A DNA stretch of 64,000 nt from the NCBI GenBank assembly GCA_965113315.1, contig OZ220365.1. One strand, written 5' to 3'. The translations under genes and the position numbers were made by a program. Below are positions 27,179-39,765 of the stretch, in pieces. This DNA comes from Podarcis vaucheri. Its lineage: Eukaryota. The notes below the pieces were generated by a model. The model had not been told where the DNA came from. It saw nothing but the letters and a program-made list of their open reading frames with translations, and made no database searches. The stretch's first letter is position 1, and every line of letters starts with the position of its first letter.

Positions 27179-29525
27179 CTAACAAACAAAAAAGGGAACA
27201 GAATAGTTTACATAGATATAAACTTACTCAAACATTCTATTGTAAATACCCCTGGATTTTAATTAAGGGTTAGGATAATTAGAACAACCAAAAGTGAAAT
27301 GCATTTTTAAAACTTTCCAGTTAGATTACATTGGGGATTTAATGCCCAATTCTTGGTCACAGAATGGCAATAATTTACAAAGAAAATTGCTAAGCACTTG
27401 TATGTAAAATTCATCTTTCTCAATTTGGAAAATATTATTAAGGACATGCATTCGTCAGTTAATTAATATGATCCAGATAGCTCCCCAGCCACAACTTGGA
27501 AATAACTATTTCCTTTGCTGTCTGCTGCTTCTTGGAATCACCCTAAGAAGCGGGGATGTAACTGAGGAGAGGTGGAAATGGCAAGAAGATGGTTTTAAGA
27601 AGCACATAGGCCAGTAAAAGATATGATGTGGAGACAAGAACACCCTGGGAGTGAACAAGAAGGGAATCAGTTTTTTTCCAGCAAGAACTGACAGCAGTGC
27701 AGCAAAATACAACAAACTCCCACTAAAATAAAACATGGCAAAGTTAGTAAGTCCCATTCCTTTGCATTCAATGGGCCTAGTCACAACCTTTTGATGGATT
27801 GTGTCCACTTGGCAGTTAGAATCAAGCAGAATAAAGTTATTGGAAAACTGACTGCTGCAAAACCAAACTAATCTAGCTCGTCTAAGCAAGCAGTAGCTGG
27901 AGAGTCTTCTGACCGATGGACCCCTTCTGTCACCTGACTTCCACTTCATTCACCACAAATGTGATGGGAAAATAAAGAGCTTGCTGATTGTCTGGATGCT
28001 TTCCAACATTTTGTAGTATTAAGTTTCTAGTTGATTAACCTGCTATTCAAGCATAGGTAAATCTGCAGAACACTTAACTAGTTGATGGTCTGTAGCACCT
28101 AAAATAATGTATGGAATTTAAATAACAACACAATTCACTACATGTCATAAGTCATTTGACTGAGTTCAATGGAGCTTATTTCCAGGTATGTAGATATAGG
28201 ATTGCAGCCTATATAACTAATTTATGTAATGGAGCCTCTGGGATAACCATCCTTTCTCTTTTTGCCTCCCAGAAGTGCTCATGAAAGCACCTTCATCCAG
28301 ATAATCACACAATATAGTAGATGCCTGCAAGTCACATAATAATGCTAACTCTCAGCTAGGCTATGAAAACATGTTTGTGGCTTTTTAATTTATATGAGGT
28401 AACACTTAAGTACCTTTTCATGAGGGGAGTTCTTCAAATAGGTGGCAGAAGGATTTTGCTTGGCAGAGACAGTAAACCACCACTGTTCTCTTGGAAAAAG
28501 AGTGTGTCTCCAATCTGTATTTTGAATGCCTGACAGTAGTTAAAAGTAATTTAATAAAACTGTATTTCTTTTTATATGGGGACAATTTGCAAGAGAGGAA
28601 GACTCACTTTTCAAAGCAATGCTCTCAGGCCTGGCAGCAGGGATGATTAAATACAGATATGGCTTTGAAAGAAATTCAGTACAACTGCTGGCTGAGGCTG
28701 GCTCGTGAGATTAAAAGGAAACAAAACCATCTGTGGGATGAGTCGCCAGGCCAAAGTAGCTGCTATTGAAAACAAATAACTGAATTGGAACTGGATGTAA
28801 TTATGTCTGTGTTGTAACTGCAAATAGGAAGAGAGCTCTGGTCATTGCCATCAAGGTATAATTGTTTTCTACAGAACTATTGTAGAAAAATAAAGTCCAA
28901 GAGGAATGCATCAGAATGCTAGGAGGAACCCCAAGGTTTAAATAAGTACAATAAATATGTTTTTTTAATTAAAAAAAAACTAAAGGGGGGGGCAAAGAAT
29001 ACAACCACAAAGAGTTCGATGAAATCTGAATAGGATCAGTAACCACAGGATGTTGAAGATCAGTTGAAAAAGAAAAGCAGAAAACTTGGGGGAGTGGAGG
29101 GTGGAATGGGGTATCCTGAAAAATGACTTGGCTAGCTGGCTAGCAACCTAAGTAGGGAGATCGCTGGGGATGCCCTTGTGGAAGCAAAGCAAAACGGGGA
29201 GCAAGCATTTAAAATCAGCTAATTTAAATGCACAAGCCTCAATGGAAGGAAAGCAAGCTAATGAATTGCTATGTTAAAAAGGAAACAAATTTTACTGGCA
29301 TTGTGAAGACTTGAAACCTGACACAAAGCATGTTTACTCAGAACTGTTCTTTAAAAAGGATCATCTGTTCAAATCTGCTATTCCTGATATTTTTGCTTTA
29401 TATACATGCAATCTTTGCTCCCTTGAGCTATTCATGTATGTGTAAAAAAAAAAATGCCCTGTCCAAATATTATTAGAATTCTGTAAATAAAAGGGGAGGA
29501 GTGGTAGCTTCACATATTTACTTAC

Positions 29526-29668
29526 TTGGTGCAAACGTTCAGCGTTAAGTGATTTATATCTTTTTTGTCATCCTTTACGACAACATCCAAGTCAAAGGCT
29601 TCCTGACTTTGTGCAGATCTACGCCGCCTACTGGTATGTGAATTTTTCACGTTGTACATAATATTGAG
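29526..29668 (-). CDS. CD109: CD109 exon (~30) with furin site: LNIMYNVKNSHTSRRRRSAQSQEAFDLDVVVKDDKKDINHLTLNVCTK
   Basis: 143 nt, phase 0-2; RRRR encoded at 29618-29629; GTAAGT donor. Confidence 0.95.
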
Positions 29669-32218
29669 CTACAAGAGTGGAAACATCAAACATTGGTGAA
29701 ATTACTGGTGTGTATATAAGTGATATAATACAAACATCTGAGATCAAGCTGCAGGACTATGAAAGAACTCTTGAAGAGAGGTAAGAATAGGGCAGTCTAA
29801 ATTCTAGATCCTGAAAACTTTATAGTTGTGATATAGTTTCAGCATCAACATTCACCATAGAATAATTTGAGTCAATCCAGAATGTAAGAGGAGCAAAACT
29901 GCCAGGCTAATGCAAGCAAATTATGAAATCCCATGAGTATGCTGCCATTAACATTATGCTGCCATAAAGGACAGATAGGGGTGTAATTTGTATGAATCCC
30001 TAGGCATATGCTTATTTAGGAAACTAAATACAGAACTGCTGTAATATAAAAAGACCCACCCCCCAAAAAAGTAAGGAAGGTAAAACACATCACTGTTTCT
30101 GAATGAAAACATCCACTCCTAAGGCCTCCAAAGAAGCCCATCAGGATCAAAAAAAAAAAAAAAGTTGAACATGCTTTCTCCTTATTGGAGGCACGTTGTG
30201 AATTTGGTCAAATCAAGCTGGAAGCAAATCAGCAATTTGTCAACACCCAAAAGCTGTTGTTTTAGTATTTGCCAAGAGAAGCAAACGGGGAAGAATTTAC
30301 CAGCAGCAAAGGAACATCTGAAACAATATACTGAATGACCCCTTAAGAACACATTTAATTGAAAGAAACTTCATGTTTAATCTTCCATTCCTTCTTGGTA
30401 CTGGACAAAGAAAAGCGCACAGAGAAAGAAAGGCTCACAAAGGAGTGACTGAATATGCTTTACCTGACTACAGTATCCACTCAGGAATGGAAAAACTCCT
30501 TCCTTCTCTGCTGCATACGGTGCAAAGCAAGATTTCATACCACACGCAAAGAGCATTTACTGACTCATTTTGTAGGGCACATCTGTATAGTCGTATAGAA
30601 TACAGAGATGCATCCAGTGTACAGCCAGCCCTTCACAATTCACACACACAAGTGACTTACACCTAGGCTGGTACCCACAGCTGCCAACACTGGGGTTTGT
30701 GAGGACGGCAAAACTAATTCAGGTCTTGCAGACCTTTTGTACAATATGCGAACATTTGCTACACATTTTCTGGGAACAAACCATCTTCCCTTAAGATTGC
30801 ACTTCTGTTCTAGGGCAAATGTATTTTACAATCACTTAAATATACAATGTTTTGTATCTGGGAAAATGTGATAGTTTCCCCAGATTGTGCAGGCATTGTT
30901 TTTTTGTAACTGGATGTAAGTGTGAGTGTCTGGGCATTTACTAGATAATGCTCACGTCTCAATAACTGAATTCATGTCTGTACTATTTTGTGATCTTCCT
31001 AGTTAAGGTTTTTATTTGTTTGAAATGATTGGACTGTTGAGTGTTTCCAGCTGCCTAACCTGAACACTGGCGTGCTCATCCTGACACTTTTCTTTAAGTG
31101 GCAAAACCCAAATTGGCCCTTCTCCCTCTTTATGGAAACTTTAGGTTTTTGGGGATTTTTTAATCTTTAAGGTTGGGTGTTCTCTATCCCCTGTGCCAGA
31201 GCACACAACCCACTAGGTTTAAGAAGGCGGAGAACGAGCAGCGTGGTCTGAAGCAAAGTTCCTCATATCTTTATATACAGATGGGGGACATTGCAAACTG
31301 TAGCTGGTTCAGGATGGCTAGGGACACTTTTGTTTAATTGTGTAGAAAGGCCAGCAGTCTTGCTTGGCAAAAGTCATATTCTGGCTGTGGGGCAAAATAC
31401 ATTCTAGACTCCTGGATCATCTCTAGATCCACACCACTGGTTTAGCTAAAATAAAATAAAAATTGCAAAAATAAATAGGAAGTTGCTGTGGCAAAACAGC
31501 ACACTGAAAGGGACTATCCAGGAACAGATAGCTGGAATTCAGTGTTTGTAACACTTAGTGTAACTAAGCTTACCAACTTCTGACCCCAAAGAGGCTCCTG
31601 TTTCTTCCAGGAAGCACAGCAGCTCCTAGCACACTAATGAAATAGCAGGACAAACTGCACTCCAGCAACTACCGACAGCAACAGAGAAATCTTCAACGCC
31701 AGTCACTGGCAGCCTTATTAAGCTTTTTTTTAAAAAAAATCTGGCGGCAGTCCCTGCAATATTCCATCTGAAATGTGTCAAGTATTTGGAAAAATCTCCT
31801 ACCAGTCCAGGAATCCTTTGCTTTCCTATGTTTATTCTTAAGCCTCTGATCATAGCAAACAGATGTCTGGATGGAGGTATATGCTAAAGGGTTATCTTCA
31901 GCAGGAGTTTCTTCTCCAAAGTATTTTATTTGGCTGTTAAATTGAGTGTTGAGGAAGGAAATGGAATGTTAAACCAACAGCACAATCCAGCACGTGTCTA
32001 CTCAAAAGTAAGACTAATGGGGCTAAGTCTCAGGTAACTGTGCATGCAGCCTAACTTGCATAAAAAAACAACAAATGCAAGCACCTGTAAAAATGGGTCA
32101 TAAACAACCTCATAAAACCAGATGGGTATTATCTCAAGGGAGCCCTGTCAATGTCCAGTGTGTTAAGAAGTCCAAAATATATTTTATTTGGTTAAGCAGA
32201 GTTAAAACCCTAATTTCA

Positions 32219-32417
32219 TGGAGTTGCATCCAACAAGGCTGTTCTGTTAATGCAAAAACTTCTGCTTGTGAAAGCACAAGTCAGCTGCAGGTCGGGGGAA
32301 TCCCCAGAACCGATTTGGGGGGCACATGGAAGAAAGGAGAGAAGAGGGGGGAGAAGTTTTGCTGCACAAGCAGATGTTCTTACGTAAACTGGACAGCTTT
32401 GTTGGATGCAACCCCAA
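32219..32417. repeat. MITE-like element with ~55-bp imperfect terminal inverted repeats
   Basis: TGGAGTTGCATCCAACAAGGCTGTTC..TCTGCTTGTG pairs with CACAAGCAGA..GGACAGCTTTGTTGGATGCAACCCCA. Confidence 0.7.
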
Positions 32418-34294
32418 ATAAGCATGTCTATCTTGACTAAAACAACAAGGCACATTAATTAAAACCAATTTGGATCCCTCACTTTGCTGCAGGTATATGC
32501 ATGGAATAGATGTTAGTATCCAAAACAAAAGAAAGGGCTTCTGGAAGTCAGGCATGACATTGCCAGAGGTTTCAGCTAGATCAGCCCATTTCACAGTGAA
32601 GAGTTTAATTAAGGATGCTTTCTTCCAGCCAACAGGAAAGCTTGCTGCGTAAGTTTATCAACAGTAGACACAAAGAGCATAACAACTATGCCTTTGATTT
32701 TGATTTTTTTTTTAAATCCAAGATAAATAAAGTTTCAAACAGGCTGACCAGAAGGCAATAAAGATGCTGGGACACCTGGTACGGAAAAAAATAATAATAC
32801 TCAGATGGATATAAGATACTTAGGAATAGACAGATCTCCTAAAAATCCGGCCTGTGTTGTTAGAATTGCAAAGAGAGAGGCAATAATCAATCACCAGAAG
32901 GTCTCCACAGAACTGAATGGAGGGGAAAAACTTGTAATGGGGCCTCCCAGGTACCTCCCAACCCAGTCCCACTGTTTCTGCAGTTCCAAACAGGCACAAC
33001 ATCAGGGAAAAAAAATATTGATCCCTTTAACAAGTCGTCTACACATGGTTGGCAATCTGCATTTCGTTGGTGAGCAGCATCTTGTGAAGACCTGCCAACA
33101 GAGGACCTGCACCAGTTACCAAATGTGGCTGGCCACTATCGTGCTTCCTCATCAAACTCTTATTTGCTATCAGACGACTCCTTTGGTTAGCTGCTGCACA
33201 GCTGCACAGCCTTAAGTACAAAAAAGAGTTTTTACAACCCAGAGCCTTTTAACAGGATAGAAATGTTTCCTGCATGTGGTGAGTAGGACAAAGATGTCCT
33301 CCTATTATTCATTTTGCTGTTATTTAAAGAAGAAAACTAGGCTGTGTCACGTTTTAGGGCTCTGGAAGTGAAGAGCAATCTGCAGGATGCCTCTGGAGGA
33401 GTATCACCAAGCCCTCTGCCAAGCCCCAGCCAACCTTCCACAAGCTTCTTGTGCAGAACAGCTTTGCCATGCAAGGGCATCGGGATAGAAGTGCCATTGG
33501 GAGCAGCTGTGGTAGCGCTTGGCCTGAGCTTCGACAGGAGGGGACAAATTGTTCTGCCACACCAGGGTTGGGATGCGCATGCCAGAACATATGAGCTGCT
33601 GCTTTGCAGCAATGGCTCACAGGATAAGGGAATTAATATAGCAAAAAGAAAGAAAGATGGTAATAATCACATGCGATTTCATATCGCAGATGAAAAGCAG
33701 ATCTAGCTTATGGGCTGAAGTGGCGGGGGGAAATAACCCTTTGAAGGGTATCACAGTTCTTTTTCGTTCGGCAAGATTCCTGCCAAGTAAAAGGAAAGAA
33801 AGGAGGTGGTTCCAGCAAACCCAAACTGTATTGGATGAAATTATTCCAGAAGTCTTTATTTCTTTTGCTCTGCCAAACTACAGACGAGAAAGTGCAGGGT
33901 CTTGGAACTGTATCACGGAAGACCCGTGCTTTAAATCTGTTTTTGCTATAGTCGTGGAAATAATGGCTTTCCAGCCTTCTGCCTTGTTCTGCCCCCCAAC
34001 TACAGGAATCCCCTACTTCATCAAGGAAAAATTAGTGCCAAGCTGTAGCAGATTTCCTGAGTCTCCAATGACCTAGTGGTAAGGGTGAGCCCTGTAGGCC
34101 TGGAAGGGTCAAGCCCCACTAATAGCATAAGGCTACCACTTGTGATGCTAGCCAATGCCACTTAAAAAGTAACAAGACAATCCTATGCACTCTTAATTAT
34201 GTGTAAACTCCATTCGTTCAAGTGGAATAATCTTAAGGGGAAATATGCATAGGATCAATGTTACTGTTAGGAAACAAGTAAATATGTACTTAGT

Positions 34295-34653
34295 AAAGGG
34301 TAAAGGGACCCCTGACCATTAGGTCCAGTCGCAGATGGCTCTGGGGTTGTGGCACTCATCTCACTTTACTGGTGGAGGGAGCCGGTGTACAGCTTCTGGG
34401 TCGTGTGGTCAGCATGACTAAGCCGCTTCTGGCGAACCAGAGCAGTGCACGGAAACACTGTTTACCTTCCCGCCAGAGCGGTACCTATTTATCTACTTGC
34501 GCTTTCGAACAGCTAGTGCTTTCGAACTGCTAGGTTGGCAGGAGCAAAGACCGAGCAACGGGAGCTCATCCCGTTGCGGGGATTCAAACCACCGACCTTC
34601 TGATCGGCAAGCCCTAGGTTCTGTGGTTTAACCCACAGCGCCACCCGCTTCCC
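34295..34653 (-). mobile_element. Sauria SINE, copy 3 (CD109 intron, sense to the gene)
   Basis: Same family; 12-bp TSD TATGTACTTAGT at 34283-34294 and 34655-34666; internal tandem duplication of the GCTTTCGAAC.GCTAG unit. Confidence 0.92.
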
Positions 34654-35881
34654 TTATGTACTTAGTGCTTGAAGTCAATTTATTGTTGCAATAAATTTAA
34701 ACCCATAACAGAATGCTTATGCTTGATTAATTCTAGATTTAAAATTAGTCTGATAGGTTCATTATTTAAAAAGAAGCTTGTGATATTTTGCATTTGTTGT
34801 TAACTTTTAGCAGTCTGACTGTTGTTGGAAACAATTCCTGCTAACTCCACTACCTTCAAATATGATGGATGAGCAAGCAATTGCCTTCTGTGATACCGAC
34901 AGAATTCTTGGCCTCCACTGCTGGAACTGAAATTATTCTCAAACACATTTGAACTTTATGGTAATCAGAAACAGCATTTATGAAAATGCACACACCAGAA
35001 TAATTCCAATTTACAATGCTCTGGTCTCTTACTGAGATTTTACAGGAATAACATATAGTTTACTCTTCGACTTCCGCCATTGTTGAATTACAGCTGATGA
35101 ATGGCTGATTACTGTTTATCTGCTGCAGATTAGTTTGTTTGTTGCACAGAATTCAAGTCATCATGGAAAGTGGTTCATGTAATTTATGCACTCAGTTTAA
35201 TACTTTCTATGGGAATTAAAGACAAAAGTATGCAATAAAGGTATTGGATTTCTACGCTAACCTATATTCTGCACTCTTGCCACCTTCAAACTACAAACAA
35301 CATTATCTCTTCTGGAAGCATCTACAAATGGTGGCAGATACCAAACATAAATGTAGCCAAACACAAATACTCTCGTAAGAGGGAAGGGATGGAAAACTTC
35401 CATTGGGTGAAGGTCATCTGCCCACAGGAATTAAAAACCAAACCATAAATTCTTTATGTTATGGACGGCCTTACTAGTTACCATATGACTGTTATAATTG
35501 AATGATAGAGCGCTTTAAGAGAGTCCAGTACAAGGGGCAGATAAAACACACTGGAAAAATCCAAGTTAATTAAGTCACAGGAACTCTAGTAAGTGGCCTA
35601 GATCACATAATATTGAGTCCACGTTTGAAAATGAAAATGTAATCAACCTAAAAAGTAGCAGTGGTGGACTTAGGGCTTTCAAATTTCAGTGGCATCCTGT
35701 GCAATGCCAAAATCTGGCACCCCCCACCCACCTTCTGTTCTAAATCACTGTTGTGGCGCCCTGTTAGCTCAGCGACCAGTGCGGGTGAGCCAATCACACA
35801 CCCCTAAATCCACCTCAGAACGTAGTTTCTAGTTCAAATAGCCTTCTGAAAAGGAAGTTCCACAAAAGCAACATCACATAC

Positions 35882-35947
35882 CTGGAAGAGTCCCAAGCCA
35901 CGGCCGCTTGCAAAAACTGTAACTCCCACTGGCTGTGTAGCTGCAAC
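35882..35947 (-). CDS. CD109: CD109 exon (~29): VAATQPVGVTVFASGRGLGLFQ
   Basis: 66 nt, phase 0-0, follows a 92-nt intron; A.G.G..Q motif; CAG|GTATG donor. Confidence 0.9.
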
Positions 35948-36039
35948 CTAAAAACAATGGTGAGTATTAGCATGTTCAAAAAAGCACAATGAACTGAATG
36001 CACTGTACTGAAAACAGAAGGGCTTCTTTACTACAGTAC

Positions 36040-36195
36040 CTCTTTGGTCTTGAGAAGTAAGCGGTTTTCATTATTAATTCTGAACACAACTGGATCGTTT
36101 TCGCTAGATGGACTAACTGTTACATCCATTTCTGTTTCAATGCCAGTAGTAAGCATTGCACAGGCACTCAAAGCCTGCAGGGCCACTATAGTGTC
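36040..36195 (-). CDS. CD109: CD109 exon (~28): DTIVALQALSACAML...FRINNENRLLLKTKE
   Basis: 156 nt, phase 0-0; DT.VAL.ALS motif. Confidence 0.93.
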
Positions 36196-36768
36196 CTGTA
36201 TAGAGAAGCAAGAACAAATTATTGTTTAATACAGATGCCTCTAAAGTAAGTAGGTTCCAGCCTGCCTTAACAGTTGGATTGTTTTGCTCTTTGAGCTGAG
36301 ACACACAGGAGTCTCTGAGTCTCCAAACATGTAGCTTGGACCAATGCTACAGCCGGCCAGCGTTGTGTTCCAGCCTATTCATAGGACCCATGGACACAAG
36401 GAATGGGAGATGAGGCTGGCAGATGCAATCTTCCTTCTCCCTTCTTCACATATGCACTGGCACCCAGACTGAATACTTGAACAGGGTGGTGGACTTCCTT
36501 GTGCGTTCTGCTTGCTGCCCAAAAAAGCTAGGCAGAGCACCAGGCAGTATTTGCCCTGATCTTTTAAAACTATAATGGTTGCATGACAAAAGCTTGACAA
36601 GTAACCTTTATACAAAAGTTTAAAGTTCTAATAAGGAAAAGGGACAGGGAGGGCAACGGCCAGCATGAGAAACGAAACTGCTGCATAAAAATAATTGCTG
36701 GAATTGGAATGCTAACACTGAACAATCATGGAACATGGAATGGGCTGTGCCAGTTTGTTGCTAATATT

Positions 36769-36897
36769 GATGGTTCAGTTGGTAGAGCATGAAACTCTTA
36801 ATCTCAGGGTTGTAAGTTCAAGCCCCAGTTGAGTAAAAGAGGACTGGACTAGATGGCCCTTATGGTCTCTTCCAACTCTACAATTCTATGATCCTAG
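36769..36897 (+). mobile_element. tRNA-Lys(CTT)-derived SINE with CR1-type tail (Squam2-like)
   Basis: TCAGTTGGTAGAGCATGAAACTCTTAATCTCAGGGTTGTAAGTTCAAGCCCC followed by TGGACTAGATG..TTCCAACTCTACAATTCTATG. Confidence 0.82.
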
Positions 36898-37565
36898 ATA
36901 AAGTAATTGGTCAAACATCCTTATGGAGTACACTCAGACCTAACCTCAGTTTTGAATTCAATCCAAATTCAGTTTTCTATCTACTATGCCACACTTGCTC
37001 ACACTCATTTTTATGGAAGACTCCCAAGAGATCTGGAAGAGACCAATTGGAAAGCCTTCTAATTATCAAAGAGCAATCTGTTAAGTGTTTTCTTAGGTTT
37101 TAATGATTTGATAAATGGTTTTTCCAAGTAGCAAATACCCATCAGTAATGAATTCATTTCACTTCACTTCTATCCCACCTTTCTTTCGTCACAGAACTCT
37201 AGGTGGGATTCTCCATTCATGTGTTGGTCACATCAAACCCTACTTTGCTGCAACATTTGTCCACAGACAATGCTCTGGGCCTGTTAGCAATCAGGCTGTG
37301 GCTTTGGCATGCATTTTGTAGAAGGTACTGACAGGCTCCCTTGAAGAATCAAGCATTTCTTCCTTTCATCCTCAAAAACAAATGAACTCCTTGCAATTTA
37401 GAAACCAATTACCAAGCAGTTAATTTATCACAAGTTCAAAACAGTGCTTTTCAAAGTTTCCTGTCTAAGGTTTAAAAGAGAAACTCCATGGCTGGAGCCA
37501 CAAAAAAGACTAATATTAATTATGAAAAGACAACAACAGTAAATTTTGTAAAGATGACCTCTAAC

Positions 37566-37756
37566 CTGTGTAGAAGAATAGCCTCCCAGGTGGTTTCTTT
37601 GCTGGCTTAACCACTTCATAATAGGGATCCCCTCTAATAATCTCTGTTGTTTAGCATGAGACAAAACAGCATAGCCTGCAACCTCAATATCTACAGACTG
37701 AGGCTGCCAGGAATCAGACAGTTGAGAAGCTTGTGATATCCAGAATCTGAGTTCTT
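37566..37756 (-). CDS. CD109: CD109 exon (~27): ELRFWISQASQLSDSWQPQSVDIEVAGYA...QRNHLGGYSSTQ
   Basis: 191 nt, phase 1-0; WL..QRN..GG.SSTQ motif; within track ORF 37428..37796. Confidence 0.94.
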
Positions 37757-37796
37757 CTGGAAAAAGAAGAATAAACTTTTCACATAGCAGCAACAA

Positions 37797-37829
<33 letters not shown>
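37797..37829. repeat. (AAT)11 microsatellite about 40 nt upstream of a CD109 splice acceptor
   Basis: Perfect AAT run in the sequence. Confidence 0.95.
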
Positions 37830-38236
37830 CCTTTCACAACTAAGAAACTATAATAGTCTGAAGTCCACATACAGTCAACCATTTCAAATATCAATTATTT
37901 TGAAAAGAGCATGGCTGCCTAGCTAGAATCCTGAACAGGAACACTCCACACGGCAACATTTTGTTGCAGGTGCCACTTGAAAATGAGTATGATGCATGCA
38001 TGGGCAAATTAATAAAAACTTATTGACTTATCAAATAAAAGAAAGGTGGTAATCCACTTTTTGTTATATTCAAGGAGAAGCCTACAAAGCTCAAATTAAG
38101 TTCCAGAAGCATTCCTAATATTCTCAAAATTAAAAACAGTGACCACCTTTAAAACTAGGGATTTCTTGGTGAGGGTTATAAATAATGCTGTATCTCAGGT
38201 TCTATAGGTTTGATTGACACTTTCTTTATACTAACA

Positions 38237-38592
38237 CAGTGTTTCTCAGACAGTGGGTTGGGATCCACCAGTGGACCACAAGCCACTTTTAGGTGGGCCT
38301 CAGCCTGGCCAGTGCCTCCTCACTTGCCTGCCTCACCCCACAATAAGTGCCATGGCTGGAAGATAGACACGTTTAGGGTAAGGGAAGGGAAGGGAGATCT
38401 CCCTCCTCTGACGGGAAAGAGGAAGAGAATCTGTTGAAGGAAATTAAAAAGTGAGGGAAAAATACCCATGCCAAATTCTGCTTCCATCTGCCACCATTTT
38501 GTGACTGGTTTGGCCCCTGCACCACCATTTTGTGACTGGTGGACCTCAGTTATGTCACATGGATCCTGGGGCTAGAAAGTGTGAGAACCCTG
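38237..38592. mobile_element. Older non-autonomous hAT MITE
   Basis: Ends CAGTGTTTCTCA...TGAGAACCCTG; 8-bp TSD TACTAACA/TACTACCA (7/8 match, central TA); internal duplication of CCACCATTTTGTGACTGGT. Confidence 0.75.
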
Positions 38593-38647
38593 TACTACCA
38601 TAGTGGTTGTACCATCTGCAATTGTAAATTCAGCTGTCTTACACTAC

Positions 38648-38813
38648 CTTGATGTTCTGATCTCTCATTCAATAGGTCCAGAGCTCGCTTTGCTTCCGCA
38701 CTCTTTGCCAGCGATAAAGCATAAGTCACAAGGGCAAGCGTATGATTATCTGATATGCCTTCACTTAATTTAAATTCCAGAAAGTCCAGTGCTTTTCTTA
38801 TAGCATAATCATA
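38648..38813 (-). CDS. CD109: CD109 exon (~26): YDYAIRKALDFLEFKLSEGISDNHTLALVTYALSLAKSAEAKRALDLLNERSEHQ
   Basis: 166 nt, phase 0-1; GISDN.TLAL.TYALS motif; TGCAG acceptor. Confidence 0.93.
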
Positions 38814-39255
38814 CTGCAGAAAGAAAAATATGAAATAAGCTATGAACTCCCTTTAACCAAGCAAATGTTAAATTGCAATCTTCATACATTAATGTCAGGG
38901 TTGTGTGTATGTTGTTATTCCACAAAAAAACAGAATGTTGGCTTGATCACATAATCCAGCGGCCTGAGAATCTTAGCTTTCTTTTTAAAAACAGCAAGTT
39001 TCTAGCCTTTATGGCTGAAAGGATGCTTGAAAGGGTATGGGCAAGACCTGAAATCTCAGGATCCAGATGATGCTTAGTGGAGATTAGTGGGAGATTTCAG
39101 TGCCTCGTATAGCTCCTTGCCCACCTCCAGCACAGATCATGCAAACCACACAACAGAAAATATGCAATGAAAGGGGAAATGCAAATTGCATTTTGAAGAT
39201 AAATGAAAATAAAAATGAAGAGAAACCCATTCCTGGTCTAACAGAAATATAATAG

Positions 39256-39362
39256 TTACAGATAGGTAGCCGTGTTGGTCTGCCATAGTCAAAATAAAAA
39301 AATTCCTTCCAGTAGCACCTTAAAGACCAACTAACTTAGTTGGTCTTTAAGGTGCTACTGGA
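39256..39362. mobile_element. Short retroelement insertion with an internal inversion, probably a Penelope-like terminal fragment
   Basis: 13-bp flanking direct repeat AGAAATATAATAG (39243-39255, 39363-39375); perfect 29-bp palindrome; family assignment from memory of squamate Penelope ends. Confidence 0.65.
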
Positions 39363-39413
39363 AGAAATATAATAGATCCTTCTTAACATGCAAGCCCAAG
39401 TTGGACAGAGTTT

Positions 39414-39663
39414 GGGCTTATCCACACTTACCTTTTGCCTTCAAGTGGGGTTTCTCAACAAAAGCCTCCTCTTTAAAGCTTAATTAGAGCATCATCAATT
39501 CAGGTTTTCCGCAGATTAACACTTGCTCCAATTCAGCTTCAAAGAGCAGGTTTCTCAGGGAAAGCTCCAGAACAAAAAAAGGAGGTGCTCAATCTCAGAG
39601 CTATTTTATATTGCAAACCGCTGCCTGGAAAGAGCAAAGGAAAAGTAAGTGTGGATAAGACCT
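39414..39663. repeat. MITE-like element with terminal inverted repeats
   Basis: GGGCTTATCCACACTTACCTTTT pairs with AAAAGTAAGTGTGGATAAGACC. Confidence 0.65.
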
Positions 39664-39765
39664 CGTCTAGCTGTTCCTTTAATCAGGACTGACCAACCTT
39701 TTTTGGTCTGATGGACACATTCACCAATGCCCGTCAACTTTGGGGAGGCTTGGCCCCTTCAAATA

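Noticed and set aside
27506-27949. 147-aa ORF with ATG in a CD109 intron
   Set aside because: No domain similarity, overlaps decayed repeat sequence, and the CD109 frame is complete without it.
36769-36835. Apparent tRNA-Lys(CTT) gene
   Set aside because: Acceptor and T stems are degenerate and the sequence runs into a CR1-like tail, so it is a SINE head.
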